Shown one piece after another: positions 19,898-32,200 of a stretch of DNA of 64,000 bases. The position numbers and the translations under genes were made by a program. How positions within the stretch are numbered: the first letter of the stretch is position 1; the number at the start of each line of letters is the position of its first letter. The DNA is taken from positions 32,001-96,000 of the IMG/VR virus record IMGVR_UViG_3300005264_000830. One strand, 5' to 3'. Under the pieces are notes generated by a model that saw only the letters and a program-made list of their open reading frames with translations, made no database searches and was not told where the DNA came from. This stretch comes from a virus.

Positions 19898-20209
19898 ATG
19901 CGTAGAGGGTGGGAAGTTACACTTAAAGATGATACAGTATTAAATGAAGACAATACCGAATGGAAAGATGTTCCAAAAGTAAAAATAAAGGTATTGTCTT
20001 TGTTGTATGATGGTAGACGCTGGGATTTATCAGATAAACAAGCTTATTTTATTCGTAATAAAGCTTCTATGGTCCCAGGCATAGCAGAATCTTTTAAAGT
20101 AGAACGTAGATGTATAGGTTATTATGAAGGGGCAAAAAAGATTCATTATACTGTAGAAGAAGATACTGGAAAATTTAATATGGAAGTAATTGATAATGGA
20201 GCTAGTTAA
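19898..20209 (+). CDS. Hypothetical protein
   Basis: 103 aa, AAGGAGG RBS; weak resemblance to 13663..14115. Confidence 0.7.
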   Translation: MRRGWEVTLKDDTVLNEDNTEWKDVPKVKIKVLSLLYDGRRWDLSDKQAYFIRNKASMVPGIAESFKVERRCIGYYEGAKKIHYTVEEDTGKFNMEVIDNGAS

Positions 20210-23200
20210 TGAAAGAGGACTCTATAAATAAGTGTCAATATTGGAACCAATACGAGCCTAATATATGTAGATTTTGGGATGTAGAAAATACCATATGTAA
20301 ATACATTGTAATAAGATCAGCGGAAGTTAATGACATAATTAATCAAGCAGAAAAGGGGCCATATTGTAATATATTAGGTACTAGTTTAAGTTGTGGTCAA
20401 TATGAATCAATCACTCCAGGAAAACCTTTAGCTAGGTGTATACTGCCTGACTCTAGGCGTCATGTATGTAATAGAGATTCTGGTAATAAATGGGTAACTG
20501 TGTTAAGTGGAACTGATTCATATGTAGAAGGAATTCCAATATATGATTGGTCTTTTGACGAAATAAATGGGTATAACGAAGGACAATGCGATACTTATGG
20601 AACTACTGTAACTTGTTCTGGTTATTCTCCCTATCATTTAGGGTTTGGTGTACTAAAACCTTCAGATGAAGAGGGGCTATATGATACCTTTATAGAAAAT
20701 AGATATTCTACTGAAGAAGAATTTGGTTATAGACTTCCTACTAATTTTGTTATATATAATATAAGAGCAATTTTATCCAAATGTTACTGGTGGAAAGAGC
20801 CCTATTCAGAATTTGTAGTAGATGACACTGGGCGTGTTGAATTATCAAATATATGGGCATGTTCGTGTACAGAAGATACAAGTGCCTATAGCGAGTTCAC
20901 ACTAGAAAACGGCCCGCCTTGTAATGGTTGTAAACCAGAATGTTCTAATTATACCGGAATTTGCTGGAAATACTGTATTGATGCTAAAATGGAATCTGGC
21001 GATCCCATTCTGGCCGAACAGATTCATGAATTAAGGTATTATCATAGAGAACATAAATGGACTACGGAAGATATACAATCTATTTTTATAGATGACGGAC
21101 ATATTTTTACTTGGCAGGGGGCAAAAACCTCCAATCAGTCCGAGGACATTGAAAATACTGAAGAGGGGCCTACCTATACAAATTCATCCACATTACAAGG
21201 AAACCTTTCTGTCACTATTGGCCCAAACAATTATGTAGAAGAGTACCAAATTCCTGTGGTAGAGGTGTTTATGCCAAAATTTGATAAATTTACATTGGAA
21301 ACAAAACTAGTGCTATTAACCGCTGGAACTGAAGTAACTAGAAAATTAAAAGATTATCCTACCTTAATAAGACATATTCAACAACTTCCCTTGTCTCCTA
21401 TAATAAAAACTAAATTAGCGAAATATAACAGTACCGACGGCAAGAGTATAAATTTTTTTGATACTCCTTATTTAAATAAGAACGTGGATATTCTTATATA
21501 TGGAAAAACTTTTTATACACAGGATACATATGCTGTTAATATTAGTAGTAAAGATATAAATGCTATTCTACCACAAGAAATTTTTTTGTTCGATTCCATT
21601 TATGATGCAGAACAAGCCTTGTCAGAAGATCACTTTATATATTTTAATACTAGATTAGAAGCAGTACTTAATGGTATTAGTAGTATAATGCCAGAAATGG
21701 TCTCTAATAATACATTACCTAATGAAGATCATACTTTTATAATGCCTGTAAAAACTTTGTTTAGTGATAAAACATATAATACTACAAATGAAAATATAAT
21801 ATTAGTATGGCAAAAAGTTAATGGGTATATTACGTATGATAAGATATCTTTTACACTTAGAGTTATAGGTGGAATATTATCTCAAACTGATTTTTCTTTA
21901 TTGGGTGATGAAGGAGATACAGACGCCCCCCAAGATTTTGAAAATGATTATTTTGCACAATTTAATAATAATGGAAATTTTAGTTTTGATTTCATTCCTT
22001 TTATAGTATCAGGAATAAGATCTAAAGCTTCATTTGTTTATAATGCGTCAGTTATGGCTGATTCTGTAAAACTTCTAACATTCAAAGGACACAAGACTTT
22101 TAAATTACTAGCAGAAACATATATTTTATCTGACAATGATCATATTATTACTATTGGGTCTAATGGCTATATGTTAATCGATATTGACCACCCATATTTA
22201 AATAGTGTTTTAAAACCTTGGGAAGTATCTGAAATAAATATAACATACACAATAGATAACCCAAATGCAGACGAAGAAGGAGAATCTAATACAATTTCAA
22301 GAGATTGTGAGATGGAGATTGTATATCACGGCTCTAATTTTCAAATTGGAAGCCAACAACTTATTATTAAACCAAAGAATTTAAATAATTTTAGTTCTAT
22401 ATGTGAGGATAATGTAGTAATAACTCTAAAAAATTTAACATATTGGGAAAAAAGAAGTTACGATCAAACCCCTATTGAGGTAGATTTTGAATCATCTCAA
22501 GAATATGAAGTAGACACGTTTTATACGCTGGATGACGGAGAAATAACATTAGATGGGAACGAAGGCGATATTAGAGGAGTTTCTTTGACTGCTTTTGGAT
22601 CTGCTAATACTCCAACAATTATTATTTTAAACTCTGAAGGAAAACCGTTTACGCAATATAGAACTAAAGCATTAGGCATGATAAAACAACCATCATGCCC
22701 AGATGTTGAAGTATTTTATAATTGGCAAGCAAACTATATAGACTCTCAGAATAAGCCTATATGTAGATGTTGTGGAAAATGGACTCAAATCAATCCAGTA
22801 GAAGGTAAAGGGGATCTTGCCCCGTTCTGTGGGGATCATTTCCAAAGCCCATGGCAAAAAAAAGGACCAATGTGGTGGCCATACAATGCTTGTAGAGAGT
22901 GGGATGTTTATGGTAAATTAACTAATTTAAATAATTACAATATAAATGTGATAGGACTATTTCAATTAAAAAATAATGAAGGGCAATGGGCACATGGATC
23001 TTTTGATATGAGAATGATGGGCCCTTATAATTATTATGGAAGGACTGGGATAGGTTGTAACCCATTAATGCCGTGTTCTTGTGGTATGAGGACATATAAT
23101 TCTAAACGGGTTAGTGATGCTGTTTTTACTGGGTATGCTAAAATACGTGGCGGAATTTCTTCATCTCAAATAGACGCATGGGTAAGTATTGGAGGTACTG

Positions 23201-25800
23201 CTCCGAAATTTGGAAACGCTGTCAGACCTTTACTACGTTCTTATCGTACTCTTGGTATGGTTATGTACCCGGACCCAATGCAAGAGAAGATATTAAGAAA
23301 ATTAATGCCGGCTACAATGGTTTTTTCTAATGCTGATTTTACGTCAGTAGAAGATGAAATGTGGGATTTTCAATGTGACACTTCTAGCACATCCACTATA
23401 AATCCGTTAGGATTTTTACTGGCAGGTTCATTTGATAATGTAGATGTAAATGAAACTATTGACAATGATAATAGATTTACACACGATCAGGTTTTTAGAT
23501 GTAAATGGACGGTAGATATAGCATATCAAAAGACTGTAGGGAAATATGTTAGACCTAGAGGAGAAAAAATAATTGTTCCGTGGTATGAGTTTAAACGATA
23601 CCCATTAGGAGATGGTTTTATACAATGGGCTTGGCAGGAGATATGGAAACCTATTGAGAGAAACTATATAGTGGACGATAATAAGTCCTTATTAGATGAT
23701 TTTATTATGGAATATATTGATGCGGGGAGTACAGGTGTAATTAAGGGCCCCTATATAGATTTACCAGAGGAAGGTCCTTTAGGAAGACATTTATGTTTAG
23801 AGGTGCAGTATCCTTCATATGAGTATGATTGGAAAAATCAAGAATTTAGCTTAGTACTGGCTGAGGGGGAGTATGAGTTAATATTTAAAGCTCCAATTAA
23901 AGATGAGTATACTGGCGAGTACATCAGTTATCCATCTTTTAGTATTGGCAAAGGTCCAAAAAGAGGAATAAATTGGGCAGGTCAATGGCTTACAAAAGAT
24001 AATCAGGATAGTAATTTAGCTGAAGAAGATTTAGATGATTTTAATATTGATTTATATAAAAACTGTATTGGAGATACTAGTAAAACAATAGGAATAGATG
24101 AAAATTTTGGCTATTCAGCGGATTTAATTTGGTCAGAAGAAGTAACTTTGTTTGGCCCTGGGTATGACAATGAAAGTACTAAAGTTGCTCAAGATGATGG
24201 TAGAATGATTACTGTTTATACAGCATCAGATCCAGGCGAAAAGCCTAAGGCTATACAGACTCATTTTCAACGTGGGCTGAATGTACAGATAGGAGATCTT
24301 TCTACTTTACCCTTACGTGTTAGTAGTATTGATCAATTAGATACATTAGGAACTGATGAGGCTTTTGAAGTTATTTGTGGCATTACTGAAACAGTAGTAG
24401 TTAGATATACTTTTGACCAGATTAAACGGACTATCGGAAGGTTTGATTTTTCTGCTAAGTTTGGTCGTGAAATAATTACTGAGGCTACAAAGGGAGTTAC
24501 GGCGGTATATAAATACTATCATATACCTCAAATATCCATTTATAAAACTTCTGACGGATATACAAAAGAAGAATTACTATATCAAACTAACAGTATGGAA
24601 ATGTATAAAGTTCAAGCACAGGATGATGTATCTATTGTAAATAAAGTTTTTGACTGGCGGAATGACTGGGAATATATAAGTAACGGAAGCTATGGAGCTA
24701 TAGTTGAATATAGAGTCAATCCTACATTAGCTGAAATAGAAGCATTTGAGTCTGAAAGTAATGTGATAGGTAGATATAATATGTCCATTAATAGCGTACA
24801 AGTAATAAATTCTACTATTTTTGAAGAAGTTTTAGTAGACGCTATAGAGAATTTGAATGTACATGAACGTAAATATTTTGTTTCCTATGGCGGAACAGGT
24901 GTACTTCCTCCACAAGGAGAGGATGATGACGAGTCAAAAAGGGTTTTAGGAAAACGTAGAGGAAATGATGGATCTACAGTATGGCAAACCGATACATCGG
25001 AAGGAGTTTATGACGTACCAGAGTCATCAGGGGAGATGTCTTTTATGAATAAAGTTAGAGGCAGGCATGTTTTTGATCTTTACGAGGATAATACTTTATT
25101 AACTGATGATTTAATAACAATTGAAGGTAAACAAAAAGAAATGTATGATAAGGCGATAAGTAAGATAGAACGCTCATCGACTATGGAAGGGGTATTACCA
25201 TTATGTACTAAAGAGTTATTAATAAATAAAGGGGTTACTTTTCAAGGTCCGAGAAATTTGAGTTTAACTAATAGCATGGTCACACCATTGGCAGAAATAA
25301 ACCAACCGCCTCCAATGTATCCTGAAGGAAATATGTATAGGCCAGGCCCAGCAGAACAAGAAGAATGTAATGCAGGAAGCGCGTGTAACGATGATGACAG
25401 GTTCCCTTATGTTTATATGTCAATGGATTATAAGTTGGCAGAATACATAGAAATTTTTCAGGTTAGTAATACGGGGGTAGCAGCCGCAGGGTTCAATTAT
25501 CATGAGGTCGATGACTCATTTGTACAGTTTTATGGCGGAGCGGCTTTTCAGGTAGATCGTACTATGGCTTTTGAGGAACTAATGGATTATCATTTTCCAT
25601 TAAAATACGATAGATCCACATCCAGTAGTATTTGGAGAAATAAAAATTCTATTACTAAATTACGATATGTACCTTTAGGTTTAATTTCGTATGGAGGAAC
25701 TATTAACGACAGTTATAAGCCAGGTGGTGGCTACAGTGGGCAGTATTCATTTGCTCCGTCATGGACAACTCCCGTGTTTTGGTTTTTTGGAAGTATATAA
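20209..25800 (+). CDS. Large Cys-rich hypothetical (putative virion) protein
   Basis: 1863-aa ORF, TAATG-coupled; Cys clusters at the N-terminus and centre. Confidence 0.7.
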   Translation: MKEDSINKCQYWNQYEPNICRFWDVENTICKYIVIRSAEVNDIINQAEKGPYCNILGTSLSCGQYESITPGKPLARCILPDSRRHVCNRDSGNKWVTVLSGTDSYVEGIPIYDWSFDEINGYNEGQCDTYGTTVTCSGYSPYHLGFGVLKPSDEEGLYDTFIENRYSTEEEFGYRLPTNFVIYNIRAILSKCYWWKEPYSEFVVDDTGRVELSNIWACSCTEDTSAYSEFTLENGPPCNGCKPECSNYTGICWKYCIDAKMESGDPILAEQIHELRYYHREHKWTTEDIQSIFIDDGHIFTWQGAKTSNQSEDIENTEEGPTYTNSSTLQGNLSVTIGPNNYVEEYQIPVVEVFMPKFDKFTLETKLVLLTAGTEVTRKLKDYPTLIRHIQQLPLSPIIKTKLAKYNSTDGKSINFFDTPYLNKNVDILIYGKTFYTQDTYAVNISSKDINAILPQEIFLFDSIYDAEQALSEDHFIYFNTRLEAVLNGISSIMPEMVSNNTLPNEDHTFIMPVKTLFSDKTYNTTNENIILVWQKVNGYITYDKISFTLRVIGGILSQTDFSLLGDEGDTDAPQDFENDYFAQFNNNGNFSFDFIPFIVSGIRSKASFVYNASVMADSVKLLTFKGHKTFKLLAETYILSDNDHIITIGSNGYMLIDIDHPYLNSVLKPWEVSEINITYTIDNPNADEEGESNTISRDCEMEIVYHGSNFQIGSQQLIIKPKNLNNFSSICEDNVVITLKNLTYWEKRSYDQTPIEVDFESSQEYEVDTFYTLDDGEITLDGNEGDIRGVSLTAFGSANTPTIIILNSEGKPFTQYRTKALGMIKQPSCPDVEVFYNWQANYIDSQNKPICRCCGKWTQINPVEGKGDLAPFCGDHFQSPWQKKGPMWWPYNACREWDVYGKLTNLNNYNINVIGLFQLKNNEGQWAHGSFDMRMMGPYNYYGRTGIGCNPLMPCSCGMRTYNSKRVSDAVFTGYAKIRGGISSSQIDAWVSIGGTAPKFGNAVRPLLRSYRTLGMVMYPDPMQEKILRKLMPATMVFSNADFTSVEDEMWDFQCDTSSTSTINPLGFLLAGSFDNVDVNETIDNDNRFTHDQVFRCKWTVDIAYQKTVGKYVRPRGEKIIVPWYEFKRYPLGDGFIQWAWQEIWKPIERNYIVDDNKSLLDDFIMEYIDAGSTGVIKGPYIDLPEEGPLGRHLCLEVQYPSYEYDWKNQEFSLVLAEGEYELIFKAPIKDEYTGEYISYPSFSIGKGPKRGINWAGQWLTKDNQDSNLAEEDLDDFNIDLYKNCIGDTSKTIGIDENFGYSADLIWSEEVTLFGPGYDNESTKVAQDDGRMITVYTASDPGEKPKAIQTHFQRGLNVQIGDLSTLPLRVSSIDQLDTLGTDEAFEVICGITETVVVRYTFDQIKRTIGRFDFSAKFGREIITEATKGVTAVYKYYHIPQISIYKTSDGYTKEELLYQTNSMEMYKVQAQDDVSIVNKVFDWRNDWEYISNGSYGAIVEYRVNPTLAEIEAFESESNVIGRYNMSINSVQVINSTIFEEVLVDAIENLNVHERKYFVSYGGTGVLPPQGEDDDESKRVLGKRRGNDGSTVWQTDTSEGVYDVPESSGEMSFMNKVRGRHVFDLYEDNTLLTDDLITIEGKQKEMYDKAISKIERSSTMEGVLPLCTKELLINKGVTFQGPRNLSLTNSMVTPLAEINQPPPMYPEGNMYRPGPAEQEECNAGSACNDDDRFPYVYMSMDYKLAEYIEIFQVSNTGVAAAGFNYHEVDDSFVQFYGGAAFQVDRTMAFEELMDYHFPLKYDRSTSSSIWRNKNSITKLRYVPLGLISYGGTINDSYKPGGGYSGQYSFAPSWTTPVFWFFGSI

Positions 25801-25816
25801 TAGTAAGGAGGTAATG

Positions 25817-26218
25817 ATGATAGAAACTAAATGTAAAAAATGTGGCTTTAGATTAGCTTTAGATATATTCCATACGGCAAAAAAATATAATTTAGATGTC
25901 GATATTCTAATAAATGAAGATGGTAAATTAGCATTGGAAAATTTACCAGATTATTATATATTTGTTTGTGGTAAATGTGGAAATACCAAAAAATACTCTT
26001 TTGAAGAAGTTCAGTTAAAGTTTAAAACAATTGTTATAGAGACAATATTAAATTCTAGACAGCAAGATTCATATATGTATTTGGACAGTTCAAAAATACA
26101 GGAAGAGAATGGAATCAGTTATTGTGGTATGTGTTTAGGTCCGTTTGATGAAAATGGATATTGTTATAACGATATAAAATTACAGTGTTCTGTTAGGAAA
26201 GATTATTTAAAAAAATGA
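25817..26218 (+). CDS. Multi-CxxC zinc-binding protein
   Basis: CKKCG, CGKCG, CGMC..GYC...C; AAGGAGG at 25805-25811 favours ATG 25817 (or 25814) over 25691. Confidence 0.7.
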   Translation: MIETKCKKCGFRLALDIFHTAKKYNLDVDILINEDGKLALENLPDYYIFVCGKCGNTKKYSFEEVQLKFKTIVIETILNSRQQDSYMYLDSSKIQEENGISYCGMCLGPFDENGYCYNDIKLQCSVRKDYLKK

Positions 26219-29200
26219 ATACTTTTAATCTTTTAAAAGACGCTTATAGTATAAAAAATACTACTACCTGTAGATATGACTCTTTAAATGGATATACTAG
26301 TTTATTTGAAGTAAATGGTGATGTAGATGGTTGGGATATTTATAGTTCTGTGTGTTTATACGGTGTGTGGAATTCGGTGCTTTTTGGGACTACTACAGAA
26401 AAAAGTTGTTTTATAGGAAGGACTAATCCATTTGTTAGAATACAGGCAGAAAAATATTATATGTTAAAACTGACAATGAAGATAACATTGCCAGATGATA
26501 TAAAAAAACACGAAGTGCCGACTAAAGGTAAGGTAATGTGGCAAACAGTGGCAGATCCTACTTGGTATGATGGCGCTTCAAAAGAATTTGACTTAGTATT
26601 AGCAGACCAGTGGCATACTTATATCATTAATATGGGAGAAGCTAAAGATTGGATAGGGTACATAAATAATTTACGTATTTTTCCAATAATAGATGGTTTT
26701 TCAGGTATCAATTTTATTATAAAATCCATAGTTATTGATTCACTAAGTGATTTTGTATGTAACAATACTCAGTGTTCGTTTTATACACAATATTCTCACC
26801 CTTGTGAGGGTGTAGGTACAAGAGCATCTATTACTTCAGCGCCAACGTCTCAATTTTTTACCACTATTTCAGGGGTATCAGATAAATTAATTGTAAACAT
26901 AGACGGTTACGGTAATGAGCAGGTAGCGTTGGGCAATAATATTAATATAACTGGTCATGAAATGGCAAAAGTTATAGTTGATAGAATAAGTAGAGTGAGT
27001 TACGGTCAATATGCTTATGCAGAAGTTGTTTTTCAAGAAGAGCAGAAAAAATTAACTATCTTTTCAGGTGCCCAGTCACTTGACTCTAATATAACTATTT
27101 CTGGGACTGCTGCAACAGTATTAGGTTTTGTTGACGATTTAGGCAACAATATATCTACTTATAGCAGTGGGAAAATAGCAGCGACAGGTTTTGATTTTGG
27201 GTCATCTAGAAGATTGAAGGGGTTCGAACTAAATGCCTTGGTAGACTCTGATGATGATAAAATTGCGTACTATCATGATCCAAATCAATATAGTGTAGAA
27301 GCAGGAAGAAGAGACTTTTTTGAATCTATGGACTCAGGTCACATAGCTAATGCTGATCATGTTGAGTATTATAAAACCATAGATGGAGCTCAAAAATTAA
27401 TTATAGACGCATCCCATCCAGTAAATGATTCTGGAAGATTATCAGTTATATGGGTAAATGGTGATTACATTGAATATCGAAATAAAAATTCAACTACTAC
27501 AAGTACTTTTATTCCAAAAGTATTTATACTACGTCCTGATAAATATAATAATTTAACTATAATACATGAAGTTGTCATTGACTTAGAAGATATAGATTTA
27601 CGTTATACTGTGGATCATGTTACTTATAAAGTGGAGTGTGATTTATTAGTTAACAAGGGAGATTTAGTAGGGTTTTATAATTTAAATGTTTTGGTTCCCT
27701 GTTCTTCAAAAAATGGAAATCCTAATGCTGTATATTTTCAAGTCATGGGAGGATTAACTGGGCCTTTAACAACTAAATTTGATATGGGTCCTCCAATGGC
27801 ACAAGGGGTGGTAGGAATATCTTTTTACGCACGTAGTAATCGTATCCAAGATAGCATACAATTAGATATCGATATCGGAAAACGTACCAATATCGAATAT
27901 TTATCTGTATATGGAAGAGAGAATAGTGACTCATTTGAGTACAATATAGCTTCTTGTTTAGATGTAAGTTGGACGTGTGATTGTCATAACAATACCCATT
28001 GGCATAGAGCATCTACATCAATTTGCCTGACAGTGGGAGTAGTAGCTTATTTTGAGCATAGGAATAAGTATTATGGTATAGAATGTTTAAGTGATTGTAT
28101 TAGAACGCCAGATGGAGGCAAAGAAGGGGATAGCTACGTTATTGCAACGATAGGCGGGCCACCAACTAGTTTACCTAACTCGTTTAGCCATATATATAAT
28201 TCAGATCCGGATACTTATTCAGGAATAGAAACTGCAGGGGGACACGCTTATTTTTATGTAAATGGAGATGCTGAATGGTTAAATGGCGGATGTAAAAATT
28301 CACCAAATAATCAGTTATTTGAACAAGCGGAATTTAAAGGTCCTTGGGTAGCAACATCTACGTTTAGTTATGAAATGGACCCAATATCTTTTTATTTAAT
28401 TTTCCCGGAAAATATGGAATTATCTGTTTATAGAAGTATTATGTATTTTAAGGAATCTCAAAATTTTAAACGGTACTCGTTATCTTATTTTATGGGAGAA
28501 ACGGGTCCACAAGGTAATGCTGAGGAAAAACACTTTAATTATGTTCCAAAGTATAATAGTATTACGCTCGATGGATTAAAATTAACAAAAGAGAATGTAA
28601 CCTCCGGAGATGATCTTACCCAGGTGTATGATAAAACACTATTTTCGAATCCTACCCCCTGGGCATACCCTGAATATGTAAATGGGAAATGTATTAATTG
28701 GGATATATTTCAGACAGTAATGGCAACTGAAATGAATATTCTACAGCATGATTTTGATGCTATAAAGTGTAGAGGCTTTAAAATACACACTACTTGGCAT
28801 AAAAGTACCAAACTTACCGAATTAGAGTTATATAGTAGTGTTCCAGTGAGGCCTACTTTATTAGATAATGTAAGGATTCAAGCATCAGTATATGGAGAAC
28901 TATGGAATGAGTTATCATTTTTAGAAGATGAAATAAATAGCGAAAAAATAAATTCTCGTGTGGCAGGGAGTCCTAGATATTTTAAATTACAATTACAATC
29001 ACAAGATATTTTTGAATTGAAGGAAATTTCAGCGGTTATTTCTAAACAACCTTTAAAGTCATTAGGCTGCCAAGACGTTGTTTCTGCAATTAATGCCCCA
29101 CGAGGAAAGACCACCGAGGCCCAAAAGATTGAAATAGAAAATACTAGAGATATTAATTTAGATTTGTCTGTAACTATACCAACACAATTATTTAAACAAA

Positions 29201-32200
29201 ATTACTTACTGTCCTGGATCAAATTTGACTCAGAAGCTACTTCTATAAATGGAGAAGTTGGACCTGGCGCACTTATAAAAAAGGCTGATGACTTTCCATT
29301 ATTATTAGATGAAGGTCAAGTAGCTATTAATACTCCAGCCTATTATCTTAAAAATTTAATTGATAATAAACACGCGTATTTTTTTACAAATGAACATTCT
29401 TGGACAGACTTTGGAGTACTTGAACATGGAGTAGATGTTGAATGTACTAATGTTCCTAATGGCAAAGTAACTACTGTTGGTTTTGCTCCTATTTCTAGTA
29501 AGTATTGGAAATTAAATACACATTCTCCAATAAGTTATAGTATATATAATTTAACCCCGTTTTTTAATTCTAATACTACTATAACTCCAGTTTCACCTAA
29601 TGAAATATTTAATTTATATTCAGAAGGTAGCTATTTAAATTCTGATCTTTGGCATCAACAACAAGTAATAGAAAATGGAAAACTAGTTATCAGTGCACAA
29701 GGCGGATATTCATATCAGAGGAGTAAATTTTTTATAGATGGAAATTTTGACATAGAAATTGATTATGACTACAAAACTTTTCCAGGTTCAACAATAAATT
29801 ATTTTAACGCTCCGTTGATTAAAATTTTATCAGCAAATGATACTGGAAAACAGGTTGAATTTAATAGACATATAAATCACCGTTATAGATTACAATATAG
29901 AACAAGCGATGGTACATGGACTATTGTAGAGACAAGGTCAACATCTATTAATGGGGGAAAAATGCGCTTGGTACGTATCGGGGACACATTTACTGCCTCA
30001 TTTAAGAACAGTACTTCTTATTATGAAGTTGCTAGTTATACATATACAGGTTTTGGAAATAAAGTGTATGTTGATCTAGCTGCTTACTCTGGTGGATCGA
30101 CAAATCCATTAGTCGAAGTTTATTTTTACTATTTTTCTTTATTTTCTGGTCTATGTTACATAGGGGATTTAGATTCAGAATTTTTAGTAGTTACCCCTCT
30201 TATACCTCATAAAGTATATATACAAGCACCTCCGGGGCAAAGTAGTGGGGTGTACGAAGCTGCTTTTAATAGTAGTACTAATGACTTAGCACCAGTTACA
30301 TTAATAGATGATTCTTTTTCAAGTTCTGATTGGTATACTAATTGGGAATACAATTTAGGTACTACTGACAGTAATAATACTTTTTTAGAGAAGGATGGGG
30401 AGCTCCACCCATTTATCGGGCCTTGGGAAACGATTTACATTGAAAAACAATTTCCTCCTGGAATTATAAGTTTTGATTTAGAGGTACATTTTAGACTTGA
30501 TTTTCCTAATACTATGGAATATGCAATAGAGTTACTTAATTCTAGTGATGAAGTCGTTTTACAAATGATATTAACAGGGTATGGGAACAACACTGCAAAA
30601 TTAAATATAGAGTCTCCTGTGCCATTAGATCAAGAAATTTTACGTGAAATTGGGTCTGTTAATTATAATGATCTTATTTTTAAAGATGGCACATTTACAA
30701 AAGAGACTAGTAAGTATACAGAGGGGTTTAAGTTTATTGTTAAAAAAAACTATAATACATTAAACACTATTAAATTACAAAATACTAGTGGTAGTACTAA
30801 TTATTATAATAGTACAAATAGAGGAGGTTTTGTTGACAGAGTAAGTAAATTAAAAATTTCTTATACAAACCTATCAAGTGACTCTATTTTTGATCAGAAA
30901 ATGAATTTTAGTACAAACTATGTGGGTCTTACATTACTACCAAAATTTAGTGATAAAGAGTCCATTGTGTTAGAGTTTTTAGATAGTCAACCGGTAGATG
31001 CTATTAAAATAGTACAACCTGTTGGGGATATTACACACATGTCGGTCGCCATAAGCAATTTTAATGATAATGATTTTATTATGTGGGCCAGAAATTTTAT
31101 AAAATCGAGTAATTTAACTATACCTCATTATAAAATATATGCTAATTGTGGGTATTACCAACAATACGCTCTTTATTCTAGACCATGGTATATTTTTGAT
31201 AGTGATTCCACTTTGTTTACTGGAGCTAATGAGACTACAGTACACACAATTTATGATTTTGGTGAAGGAAATCATCGTGTACTTTCAGCAATGAGGTATC
31301 AAATTTATTATTCTAATCCTAGCTACACTGAATATACAACAATGCAGATATACGGATCAAACGAGTATAAGGCTGGCTACGACACAACAGCCTCCTATTT
31401 TTCCACAGTCAGGTTCGATTTTTCTGTCGCTACTTTGTTATCAGAATTTACTGTTCAATATAACTACGATTCTTATATGTATGGCAGAGAAGAAATATTT
31501 AATAATAATAATGCTTATAGATATTATATAATAAATTTTCCGGCAATAGATGATGAAAATCACACAATAAAAATACGTTTTATGCAATTGTATGAGTACT
31601 TACCACGTATTTTCAATGGGCTTATTATTACAAATGAAAATTATATAAATTCTTTAGCTATTGATTTAGAGCAAATACATAATTTAGAATTTTTAAGAAA
31701 TTATGGACCAATTGGTTCTCCAGGTCTATTAGATTTATTAAATGAAAACTATCTACATTATTCTTCAACTGAAACGTCTAATATAAATGATGTAGTTTGG
31801 AAGTCTAACATTCCTACTTTATTATTACATTTTAATAAGTATGAAGATGAAGTTACCGCTACTAGAGAAATAAGTACTGCTGGAGCAGTTAGTTTATATT
31901 CAGGCGGAGGAGTATTTGCCGGACAGGCGGTTTTTGGTAATTTGAATTTAACAACTTTAACCCCCCATATGACTGCTGGACATGGAACCGCTTATAATTA
32001 TGCAATAGCAAATAGAGTATTTAATCCAGTAAACGTTCCATCATTAACTCTTGAAAATAAAGATTCTGCGTTTTTGGAAATTGAACTAAAAGTATCAGTA
32101 ATAAATAATATAGATTGGGGACAGGTAGAAATAACATCTAATTCAAGTAGTTATAACACTAATGAATGGTGCTACCCATTCAATAGTAACGGGGATGATC

